From: Rhodosorus marinus CCMP1338
Taxonomy: Eukaryota > Plantae > Rhodophyta
DNA: 64,000 nucleotides
Reading direction: 5' to 3'
NCBI GenBank assembly: GCA_029953675.1
Contig: JAMWBK010000005.1
Coordinates: forward strand, 868,001 to 932,000
Shown here: piece after piece, positions 1 to 13,281 of the stretch
Position numbering within the stretch: position 1 is the first letter of the stretch
Layout of the letters: each line of letters begins with the position of its first letter
Notes under the pieces: generated by a model
Told to the model about the DNA's origin: nothing
Database searches by the model: none
Seen by the model: only the letters and a program-made list of their open reading frames with translations
Translations under genes and position numbers: made by a program

Positions 1-1925
1 CGAGCTCCCGAGCAGAACGTGCCGCGTTCGCGGCGTTGTGAGCTTGTGTCGCCTGACAGAGCGAATTCGACAATGCGAGGCCAGTGTCAGCAAAAATTCA
101 AAAGGTAGGCGCAAAAAGCTTAAAACGAAGCAGAACGGCACATTTCACCTTTTCCAGAATATCGGCGAAGACTTTCACGTTGAGATCGAAATATTCAGAC
201 ATCTCCTCCTCGACAATCTTTCTCATGAAATCTCGCACTTCAGGGTTGCCCAGCTTAGTCTTTGTCTGGCCCTCAAATCTGCGGGATGTGAAACAGGATG
301 AAGTGAATTCTTAGTGGTGCTGTTCTTGAAAAAGGCAAACCTGAGCAATCCAAGGGCTTACTCAGGATCCGGTATTTTAACCGACAGGATAGCCGTGAGG
401 CCCTCCCTGATAAACTCTCCGCTGAGGTTCCCAATCGAAGACTTGAGTTTCCCAGTAGATTTCCCAAGGTTATTGATCGCCTTGGACAGAGCAAACTTAA
501 ACCCGTCGATGTGGGTCCCACCGTCTAATGTCTTGATGTTGTTAACAAAACCAAAAATGCTCTCAGAGTACGAGTCAGAGCACCACTGCAAAACCACCTC
601 CGCCGTCATTCCATCGCGAGTTGCGCTGAAATAAATTGGTCTTGTGTGGAGATTAGTCTTATCCTGGCACATCAGTGCGACATATTCCTTGATGCCCTGG
701 ACCATGTGTAAGAACTGGTTCAGAATAAAATGCAAACCGACGACGTTTGGATTCCAAAACGTGTCCCTACCCCGTCATGTTTGTATTCAACAGACCGCTT
801 TTGGTCGTGGTCCTCGCCCTCCGGAATACGATCATCTTTCAGAACTATTCGGAGTCCAGCATTCAAGAAAGATAGCTCCCTCAACCGGTTCGCTAGGACC
901 TCACGTTGGAACAGAAGTTCTCTTTCAAATATGTGCGGATCTGGGTGAAACCGAACAGTTGTACCGTTGCCTCTGCTGCTGTCTTTTGCTTCGAGCAATC
1001 CAGTCTGAGGAATACCCCTAGCAAACCGCATGGAATATTTTTTGGCATCTCTCCACACGTGGATCTCGAGTTCGTCGCTGAGAGCATTCACCACGGACAG
1101 ACCTACACCGTGAAGTCCTCCGGAAACCTTTGTCATCCAATTAAAGTAAGGTAATATTATCAGGGCGAAAGTTGTCCAAAGAACTAGCCTACTCTGGTAA
1201 GCCAACTGTACCTTGTACCCGCCGTCTCCGAATTTACCACCCGCATGAAGCACTGTGAGAACTGTCTCTAGAGCTGACTTGCCAGTCTTCGCGACTGCTG
1301 CTACTGGAATACCCCGACCATCATCTGAAACCTCCACAAACCCATCCGCTCCTATCCTCACCTCAACTTTGCTACAGTGTCCTGCCAGCGCTTCATCTAT
1401 AGAGTTGTCTACAACTTCAAAAACCAAGTGATGATAGCCTTTCGTTCCAGTGGATCCAATATACATTCCCGGGCGCTTTCTCACAGGCTCCAAGCCCTCC
1501 AACACCGTGATCTTATCTGCGTCGTAAGTCTCAGCTGCATCGAAATAAAAAGGCACGTAAGTAGATGCAACCTAATCCAAGGTTCACAAGGAGGTTGCCT
1601 GTACGCTTACTGACGACTGTAGAATCTCCAGACTGGTCAACCTTCGCAGACCCAGCTGAACTCTTCGGGCCCACAGTTACATTCAGAGTTGAAAGTCTCC
1701 GAGTTCCCCTCGCGATGTATGGACTCCCTGCAGGTCAATCAAAGACAATTCAAACGAACAGCTGGTTAGATCCGGAAGAGACTACAGGAAGAGATACAGA
1801 AATAACCGAAACAGGAATTCTGCGCCGAACTTCGTACCGCCCGCAGCTCTTGCAAATGTACAAAAATGCAGTTCTCCCAGCTGCAGAGCCAGTTTCTGCG
1901 GCAGGGAGGCAACAAACCCGAACAT
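1..1925 (-). CDS. gyrB: DNA gyrase subunit B, organelle-targeted, multi-exon; 3' end runs off the window start
   Basis: Motifs [71 protein letters not shown] and (after splicing) [15 protein letters not shown]. Frames are joined by GT-AG introns (e.g. donors near 1836, 1610, 360). Likely start ATG at 1925 gives [10 protein letters not shown], a transit-peptide-like N-terminus. Confidence 0.95.
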
Positions 1926-3913
1926 CTTAAAAGCGTCGCTCTACTGCGCCGCGCACACTACACACGGCCGATAACCAAAACCCCTCGGCCCCACAGAGCA
2001 CGCGACAACTGTGGAACCTCCCTCAGCCTACCCTCCTATACCCCTCCAGCATCCGTGTCACTAACCACTCCGCCAAAACAAAACCATACACCTAATTACC
2101 ACAACATCCTACCGGGCGGTCACGCCCAACCCCGAACATACACCGGAACGAAATTCGACTGACCTCGTTCCTTCTCCCAGAATCTTCAAGGGATTCTCTT
2201 AAAGAATCAGCATCCAAAAACTCTCGATTCGCTCCTTCCTCACCTTCACAAGAAAATAGCACAGCTCCCTCAACCCTCCCCCTGCCTCCACAAGACCTCT
2301 GCTTCAAGACTCAACATTACATTTTATACTTCGAACCGAACTTTCACCACCATGTTCAATCCCATTTTTCCCCCGTTGCTTTTTACTCCTCCTACAAAGG
2401 CTCAATAAAACATCAAATAAACCCGATAAAGGATCGTCCTTTTCACTGAGAAAAAGTAGGATTTTGTCTAAGCCTTGAAATTTATAAATATAGAGAGTCT
2501 TGCCATCTTGATGGGTCTCGCTCAATGGTTTGGTTGTGGAGGGGTGGGATGTTTGAAAAATGAGCAAAAAAGTCAATCGCTCGTCAAAAGCTTAATAAAA
2601 CTTCAAAATAAACCAGAAACTGGATCGTCCTTATTTCTCCGCACAATGCGATATTTTGGACAGCTAGGAAATTTATTCTAATAGACATGAAGCGTCCCAC
2701 GTCTTGATGCGTATCGCGGTGGTGGAAAATGAGCGTTCGAAGCAAAAATATATATAAACAAAAAATTTGCAAAACAAAATAAATGGAATATGAGAATTAA
2801 CTCGTATTCAGCGTCTTTCCCGTCAAGCGGGTTTGCATGAGAGATTTTTTTGTTTTCAAAATTCGCTTGACGACGTCAAACTCCGGGTGATCCATTTTAT
2901 TTCGAACATATATGAAAAGGGTTCTCCATCGTGATAGGTCTCTCAGCATTAAAAATAACGAATAAACACGATTGTCATCCGGACGTCTAAGGGAACTTTA
3001 GACCCAGAAAATTTAGGGGTAGGTTTTCACGCCTCTTCCACGTCCGGTTCAGGAAAACTTTCTACAAAATAGTTTGATTTGACTCGGATTTTCCCAGGGG
3101 TGGATGTAGTTCAGGTCCATCAAGCTCTTCAGGGTGAGTTGATGTTCTATCCGAGATAGGCGGGGTAAATAGCCCTGAAGCACGGATGTTCCGGTGCTCG
3201 CTGAATGTTTAGGCTAGCCAAGTCACCCGAGATAACCCTGAACCGAGCTATTCATTGGAACAATGCTGGATCTAGTTCACCCAGCCATACAGTCATAAAC
3301 TTGACGCTTGGGCGAGGGCGCTTTCATGCTGACTAGAACAGTACGTAGTATCAACCCTACAGTTCGCATCGACTCGCATCACCAAGCCTACCCAAGGATC
3401 AGCAGAATCGAATCGAGGATACGACCACGGCCCCTACGAATTCGACCCATGCGCCAGGAGCGTTGATGGTTACAATGGAAATCTCGCGTGGCCATCAATC
3501 CTGAAACTCCGAAGATGACTCGCAATCTAACCAACGACAAGAATGCAACAAACCCGGATTAATGTTATCCATAAGAGCACCATGCCTGGCAAATCCCGAA
3601 GGACCCCAGGGCAACGACTTTGTCAACGTCCGCCGCGTCAGTATTTGGCTTCTCGCAGCCCCAACAGGAAAGAAAGGAATTCCACACTCTTCATTCTTTT
3701 ACGACCCAGATCCAAGAAAAAAACCAAGCGTTTGCGGTGATGAAAATCCTCCAGTCGCTTTCCTCAATGCAAACCTAATTAACTGATCCTTCGGGAGAGG
3801 TGATAAGACCGTACCAGCCGGGGGAGGGAGCCGTATCGACTATGTTGCTCAGGGGAAGAATCCAAACGACCGAGATTCGATGAAATTGAAGAGCTGAGAG
3901 TCTGCGCATCGTG

Positions 3914-6677
3914 ATGCTAGCCAAGAAGTGGCACAGGGCTTTGTTTCGCCCTGATGCCGCATCTTCGCTACGTTCGACCATAGGCGGCCTTTCGAGTGGA
4001 GGTCCGAGTAATTCAAGTTCGCAGAAGTTCACGGCCTATAAGAAAATTTACTGAAAGGTTCACTCCTTATCCCGGTTTCTTTTTTCTCGAAGGATTTGCT
4101 CCTCTCTATTCGAAGGCAGCCAGCTCAGCATTGACTCCATATGACTCGTTGGAGGCTGTACGGAGCGAGCCACGATTGAATCCGCTATATAACGCGCTGT
4201 TTCAAATAGCGCAAGGCTACGCAATGTTCCATGACGCACTGATACACAGCAATCGCGATATTCCGAAAGCCACGAACAGGTTCATTCTGAACGCGCTTTC
4301 GTCTCTGTCACCCCACGTGAACTCAAATCCTGAAAAGCTGCTGGATTTGATCCGAGAAGGGTTCTACCACCGTGAGCTGCTGCAGGCTACGTTCGGGGTA
4401 AGAAGACCAGCTGAGCTCTGCTGCAATCTGCCAGCTCTAATCTCATGTTGTGCATGAACCCGTAGGAAATTATGGTAGAAACTCTTCCCTGTCCCGCTGG
4501 TATCGCGGAATGGGTTCCCATGGTAAGTTATCAATGTATAAAGAGAAGCATTAAGAACCTGACCCTGCTGTTGTCTCGATTATCGGCATTAACTCGCCCA
4601 ATCTCTCCTCCCGCTCCCCGGTGCGCCCTGTAAACAAATGTAGACTCTGTCGGAGTCCGATATTATCCAAGCCGGACAAGTTCTGAGGTATTGCGAGGTG
4701 TAGGCCTGACTCTCCGAGCTCGTTTACCCCCTTCCTGAACCCGTGGGCCTTTCCCTTCCTTTAACTTTCAGCGACGCACGGAGATCCAACGGCGTTGCGG
4801 GAGATGAGCAATTGCTCGCTGAGTTCATGACCGTGGGCCTTCGAGGGCTGTCCGAAATGCATCTAGAAACGCTCAACCTGCTGGAAAGCGTTGAGTATAG
4901 AGCGACGGAGGAGACAGAGGTTTTCGATTTCGTAGCAGAAGTAAGCGCCTCTTCGCAGCGAAGAATGGATTGGGACCGTCCTCTATGACTTAATGTTGAA
5001 AACGGAACCGCACGGCGACAGGCCATCTCTCATGTTGCTTCACAGGAACTAGATGTGGCAACGATTCTCAGCTTTTTGCACATCACTGGGCAAACTGTGG
5101 CCAATTCGTTGAGTGAACTCTCGAGTCTAGAAACCAAAGCGTTTGGGACGAAGCAAACTGTGAGAGTCAGGACTTCTCCAGTTGCCGGAACGGGGATGTT
5201 GGTTGCTGGCACGACCACTTCGTAAGAAACGTTAAGGCCAAGTGAAAATTGCCCCCCAGCCGCGGAACCTGATCTTTTCGTCGACTGGTGTGCATGTCTT
5301 CGACAGCGATCTTGAGGTTTTGCTGCACTATGCCAAACGACACAATGTCAACGTGTACACGTACGGTGATCTGATCGAGGCTCACAAGTACTCCCGGTTG
5401 CGCTCTGCGAAGGTACTTATGATAGCCTTGAAATCGTCGCACCATCCTCTTACGCGGTCCAGCGCTCTGATCGGAACGCCTTGGGTTCTAAATCTCAGAA
5501 TTTGGTAGGACACTACGGACGATCAGCGGAACACCAACAGGAGGATTTCGAGAACTTCCCTGGCTCGATAATTGTGGTACGCTTGTCCTCTTCCAACTCG
5601 TAGCGAAGGTGAAAACACCTGTCTAACAGAGCCGTGCACGTGTTCAAGGCTTCCGGGATGCTGCTTCCTGTCCGCAAGTCATACGCGAACAGGCTATTCT
5701 CTATGAGCAATTTCTCAGCACAGGGCGCAAACGACGTAGGTGGCACGTCAACGACGCATTTAGAAGATATTTCCACGGTAAGGACCCCTAGTCATGAGGA
5801 GACGCGTCCCAGCCCCTCTGACGATCGCTGCTTTTGACCCGTTTCGAAGAGGGCCGGATTAGATTCTTGCTTTGGGGAGGATGCTGATGAGGCGAGAGTT
5901 GAAGTCGTGCACTACGATGTCGGTGAAGTAGCTGCGCAGCTTGCGGATGGAGTTGTTAGCGGATCCATTCGCCATGTGTTCTTGCTAGGAGGCTCAAATG
6001 GCGCAAGGCTTGAAAACGACTATGTTTTGCAGGTATAGTCACGGTTCCACACTGCGTGGTAGCCGCTTCACCTCAAGGGAAACGGATCATGGATGGGTTT
6101 CCCCAGCTTAACAGCGCATAGTGAATTGAACCTCTCCCGTATGCGTAGTTCGTGAACCAAGCACATGATGATTCCGTTTTCATAACGTTTGGGTCCGCAA
6201 AGCATGCGCTGGGTAACCTCGTGAAGCCCGAAACCTGTGGTACAATCAACGGAGGCGCATTGCCGAGGTACGAGATAGCCTTGCTACCCACAATCATCCA
6301 TGGGGGTTGTTCTCAACTTCCTTCGTCTTCGTTTTCTGCACATATGTATCATGGCTAGAATCATCGATTTAGGACCTTTGGAGAAAACAGTCGACGCCCT
6401 GCAGCTGGTTCGTGAATTTGAGAAGCAAATGATTCTTAGGACAAGGTCTGATAGGGTACCCCTTTCGACGCTGTACTGGTTGAGTTGCCAGAAGTCGTGC
6501 GCTTGCCTGCTCGCCCTGCTAGCGGACGGCGTGCGAAATATCTACGTCGGGCCAGAGTTGAGCCCCTTCATGAGCGATAGTGTTCAGACTTACTTTTCGG
6601 ACGCATACAAGCTGTACCCTATCTCAACACCGGAAAATGACATCAAGAAAATGTCGACTTTAACGATATCCGACTGA
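3914..6677 (+). CDS. hcp: Hybrid cluster protein (prismane/HCP) homolog, highly divergent, lacking Fe-S cluster ligands; about 12 exons; putative mitochondrial presequence
   Basis: Manually spliced translation is collinear with HCP as recalled: FILNALSSLSPHVNSNPEKL (cf. FFSTLTNVNFD), NVNVYTYGDLIEAHKY (VNVYTHGEMLPAHGY), NLVGHYG..QQEDFENFPGSII (HLVGNYG..QQVEFARFPGPIV), IRHVFLLGGSNGAR (LRHIFLLGGCDGAR), LPRIIDLG (LPRLVDAG), LLALLADGVRNIYVGPELSPFM ([22 protein letters not shown]). Phase-compatible GT-AG introns were found at every junction. Start ATG at 3914 is inferred. Confidence 0.9.
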
Positions 6678-8471
6678 CGAAAGTCCAAGTTCTGAAAAGG
6701 AGAATGCGAAAAGTCTGTTGGAGAGCGCGAACGACATTTCCAAGAGCTTCGGAACTGGGTGCTATGCTCATGCTAATTTGATTCAAACCGCGGAGCTTGT
6801 CCCAAAATGCAAACGGATCGCCATCCGTTGGGAGTACTGCGCAGCACTAGCGCGCGATACATCGGAACTGGGGTATTGCGGTTTCATTGTTCATGCGGCA
6901 AGGTGTCCTCCGTCACCGAGCGTTTCGATCCTTCCGATTTTCTTTGTGATTCTTAGTATTTCGTGGGGTTTGTTTAGACCGGGCAGATGCCTTGCCTAAT
7001 ATGCTTTTCGTTGCCGCTTTGTTGAGCTCTGCTAACGCTTTTCAGAGGAGCGATGCGTTGGCACGGTCCGACTCATGAGCTATCACGACTCCGGACCTTT
7101 CGATATCAATCAAGGAACTAGCGCCGCAGAGCGGATCCCACTTACGTCCACAACTCTCAAGTTTTCTGGAGTGGATGGCCTAGTCATGTACAAGGCCACG
7201 CAGCTCTGGGAAGCTGCGGACCAGTCGAGCGCACTATACACGAACACCCTTGTAAAGCAAAAAAAAAAAAAAAAAAAGGAAGAAAACCAGCGCATTCAAT
7301 TGACCATATCACTTTTACAAAAGGTAGCTCCCAACATAGTATAGTGTAAACTATACCAACAAAGCCAACCAGTCCACACCACAACACGTACACCAAACCA
7401 TATTCCGTACACCAAACACCCCTGAGGCAAAATTTTGATTACAACGTCATGCAATCCAAAGGAGAAGACTGAATCGTCCAAAATCAGATCCGTTCGAGTT
7501 TTCAATCAACATCATAGAATTAATAAATTTCGACTATTTTCAAACACCTAACGGGGATATTGTACGAATTTTATAGAAAACATTTCAAACAGCAGCTTTC
7601 CCCCCCACGCCATTCAACGACAATTCATGTGGCCGTTGGCGAATGACCAATTAGGAGGTACGCAACGAGTTATTTGTTTTGTTTTTTTCCAATACCTGGA
7701 TATAAGTGGAAGGGAAAGAAACTATTTTAACCCCCAGGGTAGGTTCTGCATTTCCTCCCCTTCCAGAGAGGAAAAGCAGAGCTCATAGGTCTGGTTTTCC
7801 ACACTATCTCGATTGCGGGAGGTTGCCGTAAAATGTTAAAAATTACTTTACTGGAAACCGGTTAAATAAAAGTTACAAAAGGGGGGGGGGAGGGCCGGTG
7901 GGGGAGGCGGTGAGGGGACGGAGGGAGGGTTGGTTGGACTTGTTAAAATCGAGGGCGCAACCAAAAAAAAGGCCGTGTCCTTGTTATTAGACAAAAAAAA
8001 GGATCCAATAATAATTTTTGAATGTAAAAATAAACAAATTGAACCCAGACCTAATTTAGATCGGTCTCTAGATTAGATTTTTGTGTCAGTACTTCAAAAA
8101 TATCCCATCTATGAAATGATAGGAATGTTTTGAGGTAGTTTTCGCTTAATTTTTTTTGTCCCATATATATTTGGAGGGAAAGAAAAATAAACGATAATTT
8201 AAAAATGCGCGCGGAGGTGGGGGGGGGTGACATTTTGAGCGATTGAGTTGTTTTCTCCAAAGGGGGGGGCGGGAGCACATATGTTTGTATTTTGTTTTGT
8301 CTTTTTTTGTTTTTTTGATATATGAGGAAAAAGCCTTTCTTCACGTTTTGATTAGAGGAAGTCCTTCTTGTTTTGTTTTTAGGGTTTTTTTCGTTCGCGA
8401 TGGGAAAGAGGTTGGCGAAACGCGTATATAAATACCATTTATGTCCTTTTTTTTTTTTTTCATTCTTGACG

Positions 8472-8473
<2 letters not shown>

Positions 8474-8525
<52 letters not shown>
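8474..8525. repeat. (GA)26 microsatellite
   Basis: Uninterrupted GA dinucleotide run about 350 bp upstream of the EamA gene start. Confidence 0.97.
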
Positions 8526-8529
<4 letters not shown>

Positions 8530-8874
8530 ATCCTTTCCTTGAGAGAGTTGAAAGCGTTTGGGAGGGATTGGGTTGTAGGAAGTGGTTGTTGTTTTTTTTT
8601 GTTTTGGGTGTTGGGGAGGAGTCGGCGGGGAGGGTTGGGATTAGTTTCTAGGGTTGTCCTGTTTGTGGTATTAGGAGGAAGCGGGTGGAAGCTGTGTTGA
8701 GGGCGTTCTAGGTTGGGAAGTACGAGGATTGGTTTTGTTTGGAGCTGGATGGACTGAGTTCTGAGTTTCACGGTCTTTGGATTTGTAGCTGTGAGTTTGG
8801 GGTGTGTGCGTGCGTGTTTGTGTGCGTGTGAGTGTCTTGACCGGTCTTTGGCGGTTGCTGTATCTCAGACAGGG

Positions 8875-10285
8875 ATGGGGGGGCTCGAGGTAGGATGGGT
8901 TCCTGGTGTGAGTTTTAGGCCCAAGAAGGGAGAGGATAGATTGGCTTGTAGGGAGAGGAGCGCCGGCAGGGGTCATCGATACGTTGTCTCGAAGGTGAAG
9001 GTTGGCGCCGAGGAGAACCGGGTTAAGGATGGAGTGGAGCGCTCCGAGGGCCCTCCGGAGAATCCGAAGCCCGAAGACAATAAGCCGGGAATGGCCGTCT
9101 TAGAGATGTTCAATTGGAGAGTAGAAGTGCCTGGCAAGCTCTTGTTGATATCCGTGCCAATTTTGTGGGGCTCGTTTGGCCCGGCCGTAAGGTTCTTGTA
9201 TTCCATTGAGCACGCGCCCCGCCCTTCGTTGTTCAACGCCGAGCGATTAAGTCTTTCTGCACTAGTATACGCGTTCGTGCTCGTCCAGGATCTCTTAAAG
9301 GACAGAAAACCTGCTGAAGCTGCCGATAGTGAGGACGCTCCGGCGGACGGAAGCGCAGAGGAGCAGACAAGCTGGCTTGACGAAAATAAAACGTGGATTA
9401 TTGGCGGATTGGAACTGGGGACATACGTGTTCTTGGCTAATGTTGCTCAAGTGCTTGGACTGCAGTCCGTTGGGGCCGGTAGGGCAGCATTTTTGAACCA
9501 AATGCAAACTGTGATCGTCCCCATCGCAGGGTTAGCGCTTGGGATAGAGAAGAAATTGAGCTTCAGAACTCTAGCTAGTTCATTCATAGCTGTGTTCGGA
9601 GTCGCAATACTGGCCGCCGATAATGTGCGTTTAGTCGAGCCTGGAAACAGAATCGCGTCCAGAATTCTGACAGATTGCTCGTTTCCTCTACTGTTTGTTA
9701 TAGAATCCGGAAGTTGTTTCGTCCTTGAAAGGCGACGTCCTTGAATTGACGTCCGCTCTCTTCTTCTCGTTGTACATACTAAGATTGACCACATATTCCA
9801 AGAGGACGAAGCTGCCCCGATTAGTTGGCGGCAAGGTACGTAGCTGTTGTAAAATTTTATCCAATCAATCATCGTCGGACTTATCAGTTTGAGTTTTTCA
9901 GGTCATTGTACAAGCAGCTCTGGCTTGGATCTGGACATTTCAGTCGTTTGCCACTCTGCAGACGACCATCCATTTTTACCCGGACGGTGGCTTGCACGAC
10001 CTGCTGGCATGGGCTGCAGTAATTGGCTGGACAGGTTTGATGAGTTCTGCTCTTAGTGGTTGGCTTCAAACGGCGGCACAAAAAGTAGTTAGGCCTTCAG
10101 ACGCAGCCGTTATTTTTGCGAGTCAACCGCTGGTTGCAGCTGCTTTGTCATGGATTCTCCTGGGGGAGAATCTAGATCTTCAGGCCGGCGTCGGCGGGCT
10201 GTTTATTGTTGGCGCGGCTGTTTGGTCATCTGTTGGTGGCCCCGAAAGCGAGGAGGGCAAGAAAACAGAAGCAAAGACTAAATGA
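8875..10285 (+). CDS. EamA/DMT-family transporter, multi-exon, with a long N-terminal extension (possible organelle targeting)
   Basis: Hydrophobic helices with EamA-like motifs: ILWGSFGPAVR, GGLELGTYVFLANVAQVLGLQSVGAGRAAFLNQMQTVIVP, LQTAAQKVVRPSDAAVIFASQPLVAAALSWILLGE (ORFs 8791-9744 and 9992-10285). Start inferred at ATG 8875. Confidence 0.85.
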
Positions 10286-11469
10286 GGGGCTCAGGGCTTG
10301 CGGGGAAGTTTTGAGAAGAGGAAGGTCTGTGTTCGTGGGCGATGATGATGATTATTGTTTTTGTTTTATACCCGTGACTGGAGTTAATGATCTGTACATA
10401 GATTTCAGGCCTTTCGGGATCTCTCTACTGCAGTGGAAGGCACTCCCCCGAAAGCCCAAGACACGGATTCAAATTCGTTATATTTAAGGTTTACCGACTG
10501 CTCAAGGATTGGGGCAGCGATAATCGATACAAAAGCGTCCCTGTCATATAAAACATGCAGAAGAGTGTTGTTGTTGTTTTTTTCCCAGCACGCGTGCTTG
10601 TATGATGGCGAAGATCGCACCACCCGCGCTTGAGGACGGGCGCGTTTACATCCCACATCTACCGGGATTGTCGAACCTGAGCGAAGAGCCTTGCTTTTGG
10701 AGGTTTGGTTGTGGGCCTCTGCGCTTCTCCCTCCCTCGAAAGGAAAACACCTCAAATCAAGTTCCTTTCAGACTGAACAATCGCAGAAAAGGTCACCGGT
10801 CGGGGGGGAAAAAACTCAGCTAACTCTGCAATACTATATCCAACGCGCTTAGCACACCCTCGGAACCACTGTACACGTCCAAAGGCTATTGTGCTGTGCT
10901 TTAGCGCCGAGCTACAAAGCCAGACACGCTCATCCGGAGCCTATCCGCGGTGCGATTGGCTGGTGGGCATGATCCCCTCGTAGCAACGGCTAGCGACGAG
11001 CAGCTCGGACCTGAGTAGGAATCATCGTATCGGAGATGAAAAGCCGTAAACAAAATGGTAACTAGTTTTCGCAGTCACGCAGAGATTGGAACAGCACTCA
11101 CTGGTCTGTTTCTGATTTGCGCTAATTTTTCCGCGATTGACTCCGGATTATCTCTATACGCTCTATGTGCAAATGCAGACGACGCACAGCAAGAAGTTGC
11201 TCGGCGTTAATGGGGTTCTGCTTCTTAAACCTCAAAAGTTCACGAGGTCCGGTGAGTAGGGATCCACTTACTGAACTACTTCCTCGAGCTTTTCCAGATT
11301 CCTGGTAGCAACCCTGCTCACGAAAAAAAAAATCGACAACCTAGTGATCAGCTTATCGCCCGCAACACTCGCAGAAGCGTGAATGACCATACCTTCTCCC
11401 TCTGTTACAGAAGTGCTTCAACGGCGTAAGAAATACGCCAGAGAGAGAGGACAATTCTACCTCACTCAG

Positions 11470-12783
11470 ATCCTAGTCAAGGGAACGTGATCGGCATGAT
11501 CTAAGGACTGGGGTTGACGAGCAGGATTACGCTGAGGAACTTACGAGCTGTGTCATCAACTTGTTCACATCTCTGTGTAGATCCCTGTTCAATCGAGCTT
11601 CGACGTTAGTATCGCTCACTTTCAAGGCTTCCTGTTCGTCTTCCGGATCCGAGTCCTCTGTAGGTGATGCGCACTCTTGTCAGAGCTTGAGTCCGAAACT
11701 TATCCTTCGTTGGTTCCAGAACCGATTCCTAGCCCCCTTACCTTCATACGAAGGAGCCTCTGAGACCGATTTGTGCGTCGATTCGAGCCTGCGTATAACT
11801 GTCCAAGGTCCCACTGGGCTCTGTTTGCCCTCGCTCCAAGCTTTTCGTTTTCTCAGACCATTTCCGCTACGGTTTGCCCCGATGGGGGACTTGCTAGCCT
11901 CCTCCGGGTGTTCACGAGCATCTGCATCACCTCTGGCAGGACTGCGGGTCACGGAAGAGTCCTGAAGGATCTCTGGCTTGTTTCGACTATTGTATGCAAT
12001 CCTTTTTGTCAGGTAAAGCGTAGACTCTACCACAGTCTCCAGGTGGTCCTTAATATCCTCGTGCATCATGTCGAAGAGCTTTCGAAATGAGGATATCTCC
12101 AAAGCACTGGCTTTCAGAGCCTTATGAAGGCGCTCGATCTGCAACTCGAGATTTTCCGGCGGGTCCTATTTCCGAAGAGATCGAGCGCGGCCAGGTCAGC
12201 TTACTGGTGTACAAGCACCGCGCAGTTTGAGACAAGAAGAGACCTGTCTGCATGCAACTAGAAGGTCCGAAACGCCCAGGACGGCATCCATAAGTGCTTC
12301 AGTCACGGTAATCCGTCTCTCAGCAGCATGAAAGTGGTTCTTAACGACGGCTTCCAGGGACTGAGTCGACTCGTCACAGACTCTTATTCCTGTAATTCGG
12401 TGTCCGTAGGAGGCGAGTGGTAGTCCTCAGAAACCGGTTGATCATTCTATAAAGGCTCTCTGAGGTTAAAATAGTAAGACGGGAGGCGCGTGCTGACCGG
12501 ACTTGATCTCGCCAAGCGCATTTTTTAACGCCGTCTTCTTCGATTCATCAACCGCATCAGCTTTCGCCGTGTTACTGCCATTGGCCTTATCACACATATC
12601 GTAAGTAGCAAACAGATTGTCAACCCCTCTTCCAGACGAGAAAGACGCGGGTGCAAGAAGCAATCGAGACTGCCTTACCACTTTGCTCTTCAGCTGCTCA
12701 CGCAAAGTCGCAACCTTCTCCTTCAGAAAATCGCACTGCGCGGCTTTGATCCTTAGCGTTGTCCACTCATCGCTGGAGCTCAT
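11470..12783 (-). CDS. Hypothetical multi-exon coiled-coil protein
   Basis: ORF 12783 starts MSSSDEWTTLRIKAAQCDFLKEKVATLREQLKSK. Further exon-like segments (IRVCDESTQSLEAVVKNHF..., DPPENLELQIERLHKALKASALE..., EDSDPEDEQEALK...) are flanked by GT/AG sites. No family recognised; 3' end approximate. Confidence 0.5.
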
Positions 12784-13281
12784 GCTGTTCTATTCTGTCA
12801 AAAGGGCCAACTTCCGTCAAGTACAAACCATCAGCTCGACGCGAAGAAACATTCGCTCTTCTTCGTCAAGACTACTCCCAGGGACAGTAGCACTGAAAGC
12901 TTCCGTGTCAAAAAACTTCAGGGGAAGCAGCAATAGTCTCTTAAACAATGCTTCTATCCAAGTCAGAGGTTCTCCTTCCCTCCCCTGCCTGGTTTATCCT
13001 GACGGCTCAGCAGGAGGGTGGATAGAGTGCAGTGAGCTCCGTCAAGAAGCTGGGTAGATGGTGATGCTGAATGCGTGTATTAACTTACCCTCGATTGACG
13101 TATAGATTCTGGTGCTTATGTATCTCTGGAAGAGCTTTGAGCGAGGGACTTTAACATCGATCTACGGCTACATGACGCTTCAAGCGCAGGACAGGGACTG
13201 ACGATCCTGAATCGGTGGTTTTGCCAAGTCAAGATCTAGCTCCTCTCTTCGACTTGTTGTATACTTTGAGTGTCACCGAGC

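Noticed and set aside
3914-6677. Interpreting the HCP homolog as a pseudogene
   Set aside because: All junctions splice in phase with canonical GT-AG, no premature stop remains in the spliced frame, and the changes concentrate on ligand positions while structural motifs are kept.
6700-7400. Possible small gene after hcp (branch point and acceptor gctaacgcttttcag at about 7045; ORF 7075-7344; 19-nt poly-A)
   Set aside because: No consistent exon chain on either strand and no recognisable product. It may be UTR.
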